Of a stretch of 64,000 nt of DNA, positions 27,712 through 40,485 are shown piece after piece. A program made the translations under genes and the position numbers. Source of the DNA: Eledone cirrhosa (Eukaryota); NCBI GenBank assembly GCA_964016885.1, contig OZ024740.1, positions 85,126,001 to 85,190,000 on the forward strand, given 5' to 3'. The notes beneath the pieces were generated by a model. That model was not told where the DNA came from and searched no databases. It was given only the letters and a program-made list of their open reading frames with translations. How positions within the stretch are numbered: position 1 is the first letter of the stretch; the number at the start of each line of letters is the position of its first letter.

Positions 27712-27902
27712 TAATTGTTTCTACTATTGGCACAAGGCCAGCAAATTACCCAGTACATTACTGGTACTTTATTTTATCGACCCCGTAAGGATGAAAGGCA
27801 AAGTTAACCTCGGCGGGATTTGAACTCAGAATGGCAAGGGCCGTAACTCTATGCATCAAAGCATGGCGTCCGACCCTCTTCCGATACTGCCAATTCACCG
27901 CC
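27712..27902 (-). mobile_element. Full-length tRNA-derived SINE
   Basis: Reverse complement of the SINE at 9497-9682. Confidence 0.88.
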
Positions 27903-27944
27903 CATAAATAATGTGCTCAAAGGAGAAGAGATCCTGAGCTCTTT

Positions 27945-28574
27945 AAAATACAATATGTTGAAAAGGTAACACACCAGAGAGAGAGATATACAGTGCGTTA
28001 TCAATAATACAGGGAAAAAACCCACCAGTGTATGGAATCTATAACCTATGAAAGGCAGACTATAGACACGATAATTAAAAATATAAATTAAAGCGTAAAT
28101 AAATACCTCTATAACTATATAACACACGTACAAATCCAAAGATATGTTTCACCAATAATTTGTTGAAAGAAATGGGTTAGTCTCGGTTCATCAGCGTGTG
28201 TAAGGCTATACATTTCAGACAGTACTATGAGAATTTTAAAATTGACTGTCCAGCTACACGTGGGAGAGGGAAGTCACAGCGTGTTTAAGGGCAGTGAACC
28301 AATGGCCTCTGAGGGACGAACTGCTAGAAAGGGCAGCCCAAAGCCACTCAGAGAAGTGTGCTGAACCAAACAGAGATAGGAAAGACTGTTATTAGGAGCG
28401 TGTGTTATATAGTTATAGAGGTATTTATTTACGCTTTAATTTATATTTTTAATTATCGTGTCTGTAGTCTGCCTGTCATAGGTTATAGATTCCATACACT
28501 GGTGGTTTTTTCCCCTGTATTATTGATAACGCACTGTATATCTCTCTCTGGTCTGTTACCTTTTCAACATATTG

Positions 28575-28578
<4 letters not shown>
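27945..28578 (-). mobile_element. Fold-back element (~180 bp arms) with the HHR at the arm boundary
   Basis: 27945-28128 is the reverse complement of 28399-28578. Confidence 0.85.
28122..28201 (-). ncRNA. Type I hammerhead ribozyme with full stem III (GUA site)
   Basis: Minus strand ACACACG-CTGATGA-ACCGA...TTGGT-GAA-ACATATC tttg GATTTGT-A-CGTGTGT. Confidence 0.85.
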
Positions 28579-28643
<65 letters not shown>

Positions 28644-28914
28644 ATCAAAAGATGGTTAAAAGAGTTCCAAGTATTTTATTATGCGCATTTCAAAAACAAA
28701 TATCATCATGGGATGATATTTGCGTTCTCATCAGATAAAATAGGGAGACATGATATGAAGCTTAAAAAACACTTGCGAGCAGTGAAGTATATATATAATA
28801 CATTATAATATATATATATATAGTAATAATAATAAATTTGAAGACTAAAATCCAAAGAGGGCTCGATAAGGATAAATATATATCAGATATATAAGAACCG
28901 TAGAGCAAAAATTT

Positions 28915-29495
28915 ATTAAAATAACAGATAAAGTTTAAGCAAAGAATCGCTGCTTTCACTCTTAACTGGATCTTCTGAAACTAAAAAAGTCAATCTGTGA
29001 ACGCAGAAGTAAATATTTCAAAAAACGTTGTAACCAAAGGAAGACAGGAAGACGATACTTTGGTTCGTGGAAACGTTCCCTGGCAAAGAACGGGAAAAAA
29101 ACGAAGATAATACGTCATTATTTGGTGGAGTGATAAAATAAAGTACCAGTAATGTACTGGGTATTTGCTGGCCTTGTGCCTAAAGTAGAAACAATTATTT
29201 GGTGCAGTGAAAACAATTACACGCGAAGACAAAGGTATAATTTATACCATAAACGTGGTTTTGTCTTTGCGTGTAATTGTTTTCACTGCACCAAATAATG
29301 ACGTATTATCTTCGTTTTTTTTCCGTTCTTTGCCAGGGAACGTTTCCACGAACCAAAGTATCATCTTCCTGTCTTCCTACGGTTGCAACGTTTTTTAAAA
29401 TATTTACTTCTGCGTTCACAGATTGACTTTTTTAGTTTCAGAAGATCTCGTTAAGGATGAAAGCAGCGATTCTTTGCTTAAACTTTAATCTGTTA

Positions 29496-29502
<7 letters not shown>
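28915..29502. mobile_element. Fold-back element (~240 bp arms, 26 nt loop) with a SINE fragment (29128-29193) in the left arm
   Basis: Arms meet at 29233/29260; the SINE piece is flanked by duplicated ATTATTTGGTG. Confidence 0.85.
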
Positions 29503-29587
<85 letters not shown>

Positions 29588-29848
29588 GGCATTCTTCTAG
29601 GAGAAGGCAACTCAGGAAACTGGGATAACTCCGATATAAAACCTGCGGCTCAGTAGTTACCGATGATGTTGATCTTTTCTTCTTTTCGGGTTATAGCTAC
29701 TGTCGCTCAGAGAGTGGGATTGGCTCAGTGCACAGTCTTTCGTCACTTTAAAAAATATCCTCACGTACAGGCATTGCACGATAGAATTAATTAATTATTA
29801 TTAATAATGGTATATTGTGCAATGGCCATACTCGATAACGAGAGGGCA

Positions 29849-29916
<68 letters not shown>

Positions 29917-30014
29917 TTTTTTTAGCGATCGACTTTCGTCAAATCGGACCGAGGGAACAATGTTTTCGTCGGTCTTTCCAGTTGCTAATACTATCTATCG
30001 GTCGCAACTCCAGG

Positions 30015-30137
30015 TAGAAGGAGCAACGTGAAATAAAGTGTCTTGCTCAAGGACATAACGCATCGCCCGGTCCAGGAATCGAACTCACAATCTCAAGATT
30101 GTGAATCCAATTCTCTAACCACTCAGCCACACGCCTT
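30015..30137 (-). mobile_element. tRNA-derived CORE-like SINE 5' part (related copies ~50510-50620 minus, ~51090-51440 plus, ~54750-55010 plus)
   Basis: Minus strand GTGGCTGAGTGGTTAG...GAGTTCGATTCC...GTCCTTGAGCAAGACACTTTATTTCACGTTGCTCC. Confidence 0.75.
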
Positions 30138-30177
30138 TACTATATGTATATATATATGTAAATAAGGGGAACGATGC

Positions 30178-30946
30178 ATTACGTGTCCCAACGACTTTCT
30201 TTAGCCGTTGCTCGCACCAACCGGAGGTATATGGTCTTTAAAGAGATGAAATACCAATGAAGGCTGGAAGATCACTGATGAAGGACTAAATTTATGCATA
30301 TGTAACCTATTTGCAACCACGTAGCACGTCTTGTTCTCATATTCACACATATATATTTTCCTCCGCTGTGACCCGTCTTTTTCATTCTTACTGCTTCCTC
30401 TTTCTCTGTATCTCTCACTTCCCTTTACCCCCTCTAACAGTCACTGTCTCTGTTAGCCTTTTCCTCACCCTTCACTCACTCACTCTCTGCTACTCCCTCT
30501 CCTACTTCCTCCCGTTTGACCTGTGCGAAATCCTTTCCTCGCGCACACTTTGACCATGTTGGTTGTCCCTTTTTTTCTCTCTTCTCTACGATTTCACAGA
30601 ACTTATGTTTACCGAATTCAGGGACTAGACTCCTTCTTCCTCCCGTTTGACCTGTGCGAAATTCTTTCCTTGCTCACATTTCGACTAGGTTTGATGGTCT
30701 TTATTCTCTCTCGTCCACGATTTCACAGAACTTATATTCATAGATTTCTGGGACTGGACTCCTTCTTCCTCACTTTTCGTTGCATTACCATCTTTGATTG
30801 TTTACAGTCTCGCTCGTTCCTCTTATTTACGTGTTCCAACGACTTTCTTTAGCCGTTGCTCGCACCAACCGGAGGTATATGGTCTTTAAAGCGATGAAAT
30901 ACCAATGAAGGTTGGAAGATCACTGATGAAGGACTAAATTTATTCA
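30178..30946 (+). mobile_element. Non-coding element with ~120 bp direct terminal repeats (period 648 bp) between (TA)n tracts
   Basis: 30178-30297 repeated at 30826-30945; internal duplication at 30500-30635 / 30630-30770. Confidence 0.78.
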
Positions 30947-30961
30947 TATATATATATATAT

Positions 30962-32685
30962 CCTGGACATTCCGCACACCACCTCACAGTCTGTGGCCTA
31001 CTCCAATGCCACGGAACACCCGCCACTCTCCTAAGGGTCGAACAACGAACCATCTTCACCCTACAGACCCACACTCCCCCCGGCCTGAACTCCCCACCCT
31101 TATTCCTTTAGCCTTCGACCGCCCCCTCCCCCACACATATCCCCCACTAACACACCCCTCCTTTTCACCGCCCACCCCATAACAAACAATACTAACACCT
31201 TCACCCCACATCCGACCACACTCCCCCAACTAACATACTAACATCCCTCCCTTCTTCTCCTCCCCCTCCTTATCACACGCACACATCCACCGGTACATAT
31301 ATACACGCGCTCACACTAAACACACACCCTACTACCACCACTAACCCTCACCCCCACACATCCACCCCACCACCCCGTAACTAACATCACTAACACCCCC
31401 TGACCCCAAGCACACGAACACACACACCCACTTACACCACCCACTCTACACGCAACTAACATCACTAACACCCCCAACCCTACGCACACGAACACACACA
31501 CCCTCTTACGCCACCCACTCTACACACCCTACCACCACTGACCCCCACTCACACCCGCATTAAACCCTTTCTCCACCTCCAGTATACTAACACCCACTAA
31601 CACCCCCTTCACCACACACACACACACACACCAGTACACTACACTCCCTCCATCGGCCCCCACACCCTTCTCTCCCCGCTCCACCCACACCCTTTCTCAA
31701 ACACACACACATCCCACTAACACCTCTACTAATACCCCCCCTCCTCACTCCAACTTTCACACCTACCCATCCTCACCCTGTCCACCGCACCTCCGCACAC
31801 ACTGACACACCGACTTTCTTCACTTACCATTCTACCCTGCTGCTATGCCTCTCTGACCACCTCCCCGCACACACAGACACACAACCCTCCTCCTGCCTTG
31901 ACCCTCTGACCAGTTCCTATTGCGCGCGCACCCCACATCTCCCCTCTTCCGACCAATCTCTTCACGGATTACACATATGTGAACCTTGATCCCGAGAATC
32001 TACCGCATCCCAAGGATTTTACTCAGCATTCCACCACATCCTTTTCCGGAATTACCTTTACGACTCACCCCCAAATATACACCCCAAACATTTTTTTTCC
32101 CACACGCCACTTACATCCACAACACGCATAAACACCACACACACACGTGCGTAGCACCACATATTTACACATTCAGCCTCCGGAATCCTCTCCGCCCACC
32201 CCTCTATCCACACACGCACACACACTCCGACCTACACCCCACCCACACACACCTCTTCCTGAACATGCAACCCCGTTCTTCCCCCAACCCTTGCTTTCAC
32301 ATACACACACACACACACACACACGTACACCTACACACACACACCACCTTCAGCCCTCCCCGCTCGGACACCCGTCTCCCTCTCCCCACTCCACCCCACC
32401 CCTACCCCTTCCACCACCTGTTTTACCCCATTTCAATTTTATTTTGATCATGCCTTTATTTTTAATTTCATTTGCACCGTTTCCTCTCACCCTCTTTTTG
32501 CTATATGTCTCTCCACCACTCCCCTACACACCCTTTGTACTCTCTTCCCACACACTTTTCACCTGAAGAAGGACTTATGCCCGAAACGTCGTTCCCCACC
32601 ACCATCCCACTCTCAAGAGCGTGAAACTAATAAACCTTTGTTCGTACTGCCTCTCTGTTTTGTTCCCGTTCAATTTTTCACTATA
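30962..32685 (+). mobile_element. 5'-truncated Penelope-like (Neptune-like) element: GIY-YIG C-terminus, 1.5 kb C/A-rich 3' region, HHR
   Basis: 30962-31111 translates to PGHSAHHLTVCGLLQCHGTPATLLRVEQRTIFTLQTHTPPGLN*, a typical PLE endonuclease end. HHR core CTGAAGA-AGGACTTATGCCC-GAAA-CGTC at 32561-32592, then AATAAA and (TA)n. Confidence 0.78.
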
Positions 32686-32794
32686 TATATATATATAATT
32701 TTACGGCTCTGTTGAATTACATTGAGCTATACCTTTACTGTCATTTTCTTATACGACGAGTGTGTTTAACTCCAACGCACTCTAGTATTTTAAT

Positions 32795-32943
<149 letters not shown>

Positions 32944-33234
32944 GTGTATGTATATGTATATGTCTGTGTGGGGGTGTATGTATATGCATATATACATCCT
33001 CTTACTTCTCATCCTGTATATACGTTTAAATTTGGTGGTGTACCACAAGGGTAGAATTGGTCATTCTGCAATGTCAATGATGTAATCATGATGTAAAAAG
33101 CACTTGACGTTTTGTAACTCATCCATCTTCAATGTTGAATCATGTTGGTGGTGCAGGAACGGAGTAAATCTATTATAAAGTTAAATGACAGGAGGCCAAA
33201 TATGTTGAATTTCATAATTTTTTTATTTCTGCAA

Positions 33235-33292
33235 ACACTATGCACATTTCAGTGGCCAGGTTGCATAAGAACCCGGTGACGACATCAGGTGT
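33235..33292 (-). ncRNA. Hammerhead motif with A9-to-U variant
   Basis: Minus strand ACAC-CTGATGT-..CCGGGTT cttatgc AACCTGG..-GAAA-TGTGCA-TA-GTGT. Confidence 0.6.
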
Positions 33293-33944
33293 AAATTGCG
33301 TAATAGATATATACCAACGGAATGATGGTAAACTTTAAGGAAACAAGCAAAGAAAAAACAGAGGAAAAAGTGTGTGCTATATTTTTGACCCAGAGACAGA
33401 CGTAGTAGCATGCTTCCACACTGCTCGCCCGCCTCTGAGTGAGGTTATTTTTAACAAATCTCTCCTGCTAGTTTGCTAAGCGGGTAGGGGGATATATAGT
33501 TTACATGGCAAATCAATACTACCTCTCAACCCCAGCAGCCTTCGGACAGCAGTCGAGAGAGGTCGAGAATATCGTGTTACAGGGAATGCTAATTCTCCGG
33601 GGTCAAGCTAAGGTCTATGCACTCACGGAAAGCATACAACATAAGTGGGTAAGGACCCAGAAACATATCAAGTAGAGAAAAAATTCCGGTTAGAAATGTA
33701 TATAGGTGTCCCAGCATGGCCTCAGCCGGATGGCTGGAACAGGCAAAAGAGTAAAAGAGTAAGTTGGAGTTAGGGATAATTTTAGGAAATGAAGATTAAA
33801 ACTGAGTGTTTACATAAGTACACCAGTAATGATTCCAATTATAGAGTTGTGTAAATCAGAGACCTCATAAGACAAATAACACAATGTTAGTTAACCTAAG
33901 CTCAGTTGCTATCCGCTTCAGTTTCTCCTCATAGTTCAATGTTG

Positions 33945-34030
33945 TTCATCCTTACGGAGTCGATAAAATAAAGTACCAGTAATGCACTGGGATAATTGCT
34001 GGCCTTGTGCCAAAAGTAGAAACAATTATA
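33945..34030 (+). mobile_element. SINE 3' half
   Basis: TTCATCCTTACGGAGTCGATAAAATAAAGTACCAG...AGTAGAAAC. Confidence 0.8.
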
Positions 34031-34309
34031 TTAAATTGCGATAGTAGAAAGGTATGGCGGTTAACAATTGAGAAAGGCGACCCCCCCCCCACACACACAC
34101 CTTCCCCCAACACACACACACAAGGCCCAAAGGTCCCCCGACCGTTCCGAGTAATTACGTTTACCATCCATGCTAGTGAAGCTAGTGCTAAAGTCGAGAA
34201 GTATCAAAATTGAAGCTACGTAGGATACAATGAGATAGGAAAAACTGTACACAATCCCAGCTATCACCATTATCACCATCCCATCTATCACATTTAAACC
34301 AGGCTATCA

Positions 34310-34384
<75 letters not shown>

Positions 34385-34479
34385 GTAAAAGGTAAACAGA
34401 AATAACAACACAATCGGTACAGTATATGGAAGGGATATATTAGTATATTAGTTTAACGCTTGATATAGCTGGAAGAGGG

Positions 34480-34515
34480 TCTTAACGTTTCGGACGCTAG
34501 TCCTTCATCAGAAGA
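34480..34515 (-). ncRNA. Minimal type I hammerhead (second, mutated copy 35001-35036)
   Basis: Minus strand TCTT-CTGATGA-A-GGAC tagc GTCC-GAAA-CG-TT-AAGA, within the direct duplication 34381-34548 / 34911-35067. Confidence 0.8.
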
Positions 34516-34626
34516 AAGAATGAGAAATAAGATAGATTGAGGGGACGGGCGGGTTGGAATTGGAAAAAATGTCTTCAGATAAAAATAACAGGTCCATTCA
34601 TGTTGACATCTCTTGTAATATGTATG

Positions 34627-34660
<34 letters not shown>

Positions 34661-34714
34661 TGTATGTATGTATGTATGTATGTATGTATGTATGTATGTA
34701 TGTATGTATGTATG

Positions 34715-34886
34715 TATGTACCAGAGTTTTCAAGTCTCTGGCTGGACTAAAAAGTCACACTCGTTCAGCGCATCGGTAGGGGTTCTCCTACATGGATATA
34801 AAGTTTGTGGCCGTACTCGAAAACGAGTTGGCAGCCACCATGTATGTATGTATGTATGTATGTATGTATGTATGTATGTATGTATG

Positions 34887-34915
<29 letters not shown>
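34715..34915 (+). mobile_element. 3' end of an RTE-type LINE in (TATG)n
   Basis: CTRVFKSLAGLKSHTRSAHR* (C2H2-like C-terminus), short 3' UTR and (TATG)n tail. Confidence 0.65.
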
Positions 34916-34918
<3 letters not shown>

Positions 34919-35532
34919 AGGTAAACAGAAATAACAACACAATTGGTACAGTATATGGAAGGAATATATTAGGTTAACGCTTGATATAGCAGGAAGAGGG
35001 TCTTAACCTTTCGGACGCTAGTCCTTCATCAGAAGAAAGAATGAGAAATAAGATAGATTGAAGGGACAGTCAAATTAAAAAGTGTAGTTAAAGACTCAGA
35101 TTTGATATAATTACCCCTGTTTCATTTGTAAGTAGAGCTTTTTAAGTTGAATGGTTCTGAGCTGCTATTTTTAGCAGTCTTATGGTTTATTCGCACCACC
35201 ATGGACTATAAAACGTATATGTGCTTTTTCTATACCATGTGCGTATCATTAGTTATCCAATATATTTTTCGAAGTGAAGATCGTATTGATAGGGCATCCA
35301 CCGATGAGCCACACTACAATATGTAACCTTCTCTTGATATAGCGAAACATACTCTATTTTGAGCATGTCCGGATGTTATAGTTATAATTGGATAGTTACT
35401 ACACTTTAATATATTCTATTAACTCATTTGTATTCACCATTCCTTCCGTAGTTAATATGTTCGTCACTCTGGTGGTTTTAAATCTCCTATGATTGAACAC
35501 ATATCTCTATGTGTACTTCTCTCTATATGGTG

Positions 35533-35578
<46 letters not shown>

Positions 35579-36259
35579 AATATCTTATACAAAATCATTG
35601 ACAGGTAATCCCAGTGAAGTAATCTAAGATAAGAACACTTTACAAGCACCTTTCCTTAGGCATAAAGTCTTAGTATAGTAACCTAAAGCTAGAAATCGTC
35701 ACTAAGTTCCCTTATTGCAGTTTCCAAGACCAAGAAACAGTACTGACCATCCCAATAGGTTGAGAGAGTCCATCCTGCCCCCAAAACCCATCTTTTCGTC
35801 AAACGGATTCTGTAAGGTATAAGAAAAAATATATAAAACCTGTTAAGTGAAATGAGTTCATCCTCACCGAACCAGCATTGTGTAAAATATTATACGCCTG
35901 CATAGATCGATTAACAAGGTAAATATTTGTATATCATGGATAAAGGGACGAGTCTAATTTGCCACCAGAAATAGCAGTCAATATAAACCGCCTATCAACT
36001 TAACATTTAAGGAGCAGCAAATATCACACACAAGTAAATTTGTCACCAATATACATAACATATCAATGAAAACAAATCGCTAAAATAAATCTAATTCAGA
36101 GAAGCAAATACATACAGAATATCATATATAGAAAATCCTTGAAGGGTAGATTCCAGTAAGGCATCTTTCCCAAGGGATAGAGCTTTAGTATAGTAACCTA
36201 AAGCTAGGAGGCTTCACTAAGTTCCCTTACTGCAATTTCCAAGACCAAGAAACAGTTGA

Positions 36260-38625
36260 CAACAATAACATGGCAAATCACCCTACTATTAATTATAATA
36301 AGAATAAACAATTTAACTCAAACTCTAAAACAAACAAAAGAACTAGAGCTAGAAATATTATTTGGTACTCACCCCCATTCTCATTAAGCTTTAAAACACC
36401 TTTAGAAAAGCTATTCTTTAAAGCACTAGACAAATGTTTTCCTAAAGCCCACAGATACCACTCAATCTTTAACATACATACTATAAAACTATCCTACTCT
36501 ACTACTATGAACATAGCACAAAATATAAATAGAATTAATAATAGAAACTTAAATTTAAACCCTAACCAAAATGACCATAATAACAATAATAATATTTCTA
36601 GCAATATCCAACCTAATAGTACCGTTTCGAGCAACAACAACTCCGTAAAATGTAACTGTAGAATCAAATCAAACTGCCCTTTACAAAATAAGTGTTTAGA
36701 TAAAAACATAGTTTATAAATGCACAGTTAAAACTAGTGATAATATATTTAACTATGTCGGTGCCACTTCTACAAAATTTGAAGATCGCTGGAATAACCAC
36801 AATCACTCTTTTAGAAGATATGATAAAAAAATGTTCTACTACCCTCTCACATCTTATATGGAACTTAAAAAGCAAGAATATAGACTATTCATTATCTTGG
36901 AAAACGATTTCGATTGCACCTGCGTACCGACACACGGCTTTATCAAGATTCTGTAAATTGTGTATTGAAGGAATTTTTTATATAATTAATTGTAAAAACT
37001 CTATTAATCTCAGAACAGAGATATTTAGTTCTAAGAAGACATCGCCAAAATTCTACATTCAGAACTATACGTAACTTATAATATACTTATAATATTCCTA
37101 TTAATCTCCAAAATGATCCTATCTGCTCTAACAATTTATATTTTTAATACTTTTAATATATTAATATCTCTAAAATTTCTTATGTATGCGTGTATGTGTA
37201 TAGATATTTATATATATTTATGTACTTCTATATTTATGTACTGCTATATAATTCTAATTTTAATTTTAATTTTAATTTTTTAATTTTTTAATTTTTTAAT
37301 TTTTTAATTTTTTCTTAATTCTTTATTTTTCCAATGACACCCTCTAAAGCTAATTTTTAAATGTAGATTAATAAACATTAACTGTTTTTAGCAAAATGTA
37401 TCCTATTCAAGACGATGTTTAAACATTCATATTTCTTTAGACTAAATAATTAATCCCACACTAATGATTAACAGAAAATTCGGAGTTATTTTTCCTTTTT
37501 TCAATCATACAAACTTTTTGTACATAACTCCGTTATCAATTTTAACTACCTATTTATTTACATAAAATGCAAAATCTACATCCTAGTAACTCATATTACG
37601 AACAACCACCTATAACTTGAACTACCTATTTATTTATTTATAAACACAAAATCAACTTCCCTCGTAACTCATATTATAAACAAACTATCCTTTTAATAAA
37701 AATACATATGCTATTATTAAAATATATATAGATATTTATATATTATTATAATAAGATAAATAATTCTCCATATAAATATATACATAATATAGACAAATGT
37801 CTGAATATATTTCCCCCAAATTAACTTTTAAGTGGTCTTTCTTTTCCTTTTCCTTTTCCTTCTTCTTTAACGATTTTTTGTTTGATAATCTATATAGCTT
37901 CGTTAAATTAACAATATTCTGAAAACATTCTTAATGTTGAACAACATTTTTGAATCCACAAATTATTCTAATCTCACAACTTGAAAATACAATTTGAACA
38001 TCCTTCGTAACTCATATTTGACATATAAACAATCAATACATACGCAACTTATTAATATATATATAGATATTTATATACATATAACCTATCCTAATGTAAT
38101 AAGATAAAAATACTTACAACCATAATTCATCATATAATTTAATTTATTATATATACAATATTATAACTCATAATATAGGTAACACATCTTTTCCCCCAAA
38201 TTAACGTTATTCCTTTCTCTTCCTTCCTACGCATACAATAACTTATAATTATTTAAATTTTCCATAGCGCCTAAAATAACATTTTTTTCAGCCCTTTTAC
38301 ATAAACTTCACTTGCATACTCATATTAATAATTTTAAATATCTGTTTTCTCTTCCCTTCACTTTCCGGGGATAACTTGAACCGTTAAGGTATATTATCCT
38401 TGGTTATGTCAAATATTTATAAAACATTTTGTATTTTATCTGATGATAGTGTACCAACATTTTGGTACCCTTGAAATATATATAATTGAATAAATATGGT
38501 TTTATAAATATAATTTCTATTTATTTAATATCATTGAATATTTACTCCAGAAAACTGTCGAGTGCTCTGAATCAGTTATAAACATTTATATTTGTTGTAT
38601 TTCCAACAAATTAAATATCCCCTCT
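36260..38625 (+). mobile_element. 5'-truncated Naiad-like Penelope element (linker, CxCx5Cx5C finger, GIY-YIG, AT-rich 3' region, HHR motif at 38436-38486)
   Basis: RNIIWYSPPFS, KLSYSTT, CNCRIKSNCPLQNKC, IVYKC..YVG, LS.LIW.LK, CKLC; frameshift at ~36830; CTGATGA-tAG..GTACCAA catt TTGGTAC..CTt-GAAA-TATATATA. Confidence 0.88.
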
Positions 38626-38626
38626 A

Positions 38627-38729
<103 letters not shown>

Positions 38730-38754
38730 CATATATATATATACATATATACAT

Positions 38755-39180
38755 ATATTGTTATACTTGGGGAGGGTCATATTGTTATAATATTGCCAGA
38801 AATAATAACAGAACACTCACTGTTTGGTTTGGGTTGGTTTTCGCTTCTGTTTCTTTTATATCTCCATAGTTAATTTATTTGGCAATCAATATTTATCATT
38901 GATTGACCAACGGTTAAAAATACAGATATAAATATATATACAACTTTGATAGACTATATATATATTTTTATATCTGTATCTTTAACCGTTGGTCAATCAA
39001 TGATAAATATTGATTGCCAAATAAATTAACTATGGAGATATACAAGATACAGAAGCGAAAACCAACCCAAACCAAACAGTGAGTGTGTTCTGTTATTATT
39101 TCTGACAATATTATAACAATATGACCCTCCCCAAGTATAACAATATTTGTTTCGACACACGATTTCATATCAAAAACGAA
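38755..39180. repeat. Tail-to-tail inverted repeat (~180 bp arms) with a partial HHR core at the right end
   Basis: 38755-38932 inverted at 38967-39146; minus strand GTC-GAAA-CAAATATTG-TT. Confidence 0.8.
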
Positions 39181-39191
39181 TATATATATAT

Positions 39192-39322
39192 GCTATCGCC
39201 GTATTTTGACTAAAGAAATTAAAGAAATTATTTAGCCTGATAGTGAGGTTAAGAACCCTCGGAGAAATGATTTCTCGGCTAAATAATTTCTTTAATTTCT
39301 TTAGTCAAAATAGGGCGATAGC
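39192..39322. repeat. Fold-back (46 bp arms) whose loop is a degenerate HHR core
   Basis: TTAGC-CTGATAG-TGAGGTTaaGAACCCTC-GG-AGAAATgATTTCT-C-GGCTAA. Confidence 0.7.
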
Positions 39323-39374
39323 TAACATTTCTAATAATTTCAAACCCACTCGCTGTTTCGAAAATATTCTTACT

Positions 39375-39419
<45 letters not shown>

Positions 39420-39421
<2 letters not shown>

Positions 39422-40372
39422 GATAAATCTACCAAAGGTTTACGGTAGTGTCCAATCCGTATGAAGAACTCAATGTAATCCGGATATCATGAAAAGAGAA
39501 GATGCATTCAAAAACTATTTTCGGTGAAAAATAAACGGAAAACAGAGTCAAGATAAATTAATAAAATAATGAATAAACAAAGAAACAGTTCCTTATATAA
39601 AACAAAATTCATCATTTTACGATCGTTTCTAGGATATATATGTGTTAGAGTTGGTATGCATATTCTATAGATCTCTGTACAATATTTATACAAACTATCA
39701 GAGGGAATATACATACCTACACATATATATGCTGTCTTCAGAAATAATGATATTTGTTTATTGAAAAAAAACAAGATTCAATACAATAGGTCTGTTTGGG
39801 AACAGGTTTTGAATTGACCAATAGAGAGATAGTGAGGGTCAAGATAGTAATATAGTAGTAGAATAACCTTAAATTATGGGTAGAGGAAGGTAGATCTCAG
39901 TTTTGGATGGAAAAGAATATTATGAATGAAGGATTATTTTAGGGAAGAAAATAGGTCGTATGCTGACCTCAGAAATAATTTTATTTGTTCATTGAATAAA
40001 ACCAACAAAGATCTAATATATTTTGTCTGTTTGGTAAGAGGTTTAGAATTAACCAATAGAAAGTTAATAATTGGCCAAATGGTAAAATAGTAGTAATTGA
40101 AGCTTATTTTAGGGGTGAAAATAGGTCAGGTGGTCAGTAAAAGGTATACAAGCAGTTGTTGTTATAAAATAGTAATGTCAATGCAAATATCTAAGGAGAC
40201 TAAAGTGTTAGTGAAAAAAATACATCTATGAAAAGAATATAAATTAATTTAATTGATGGGTATATTTATATTGATAAAATTATACTAATACATATAGATA
40301 TGATAAATAAGAGTTAGATGCAGTTGAAAAGTGCTGTTAAAGATGAGGGGAAATTAAAAGAATATAAAAATA

Positions 40373-40409
<37 letters not shown>

Positions 40410-40438
40410 CACATACACACATATATATATATATATAT

Positions 40439-40485
<47 letters not shown>

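Noticed and set aside
30230-30290. SECIS, box C/D snoRNA or canonical twister reading of the ATGAAATA...CTGATGA motif
   Set aside because: No SECIS helix 2 pairing, no C/D box order, no twister pseudoknot complement; left unclassified.
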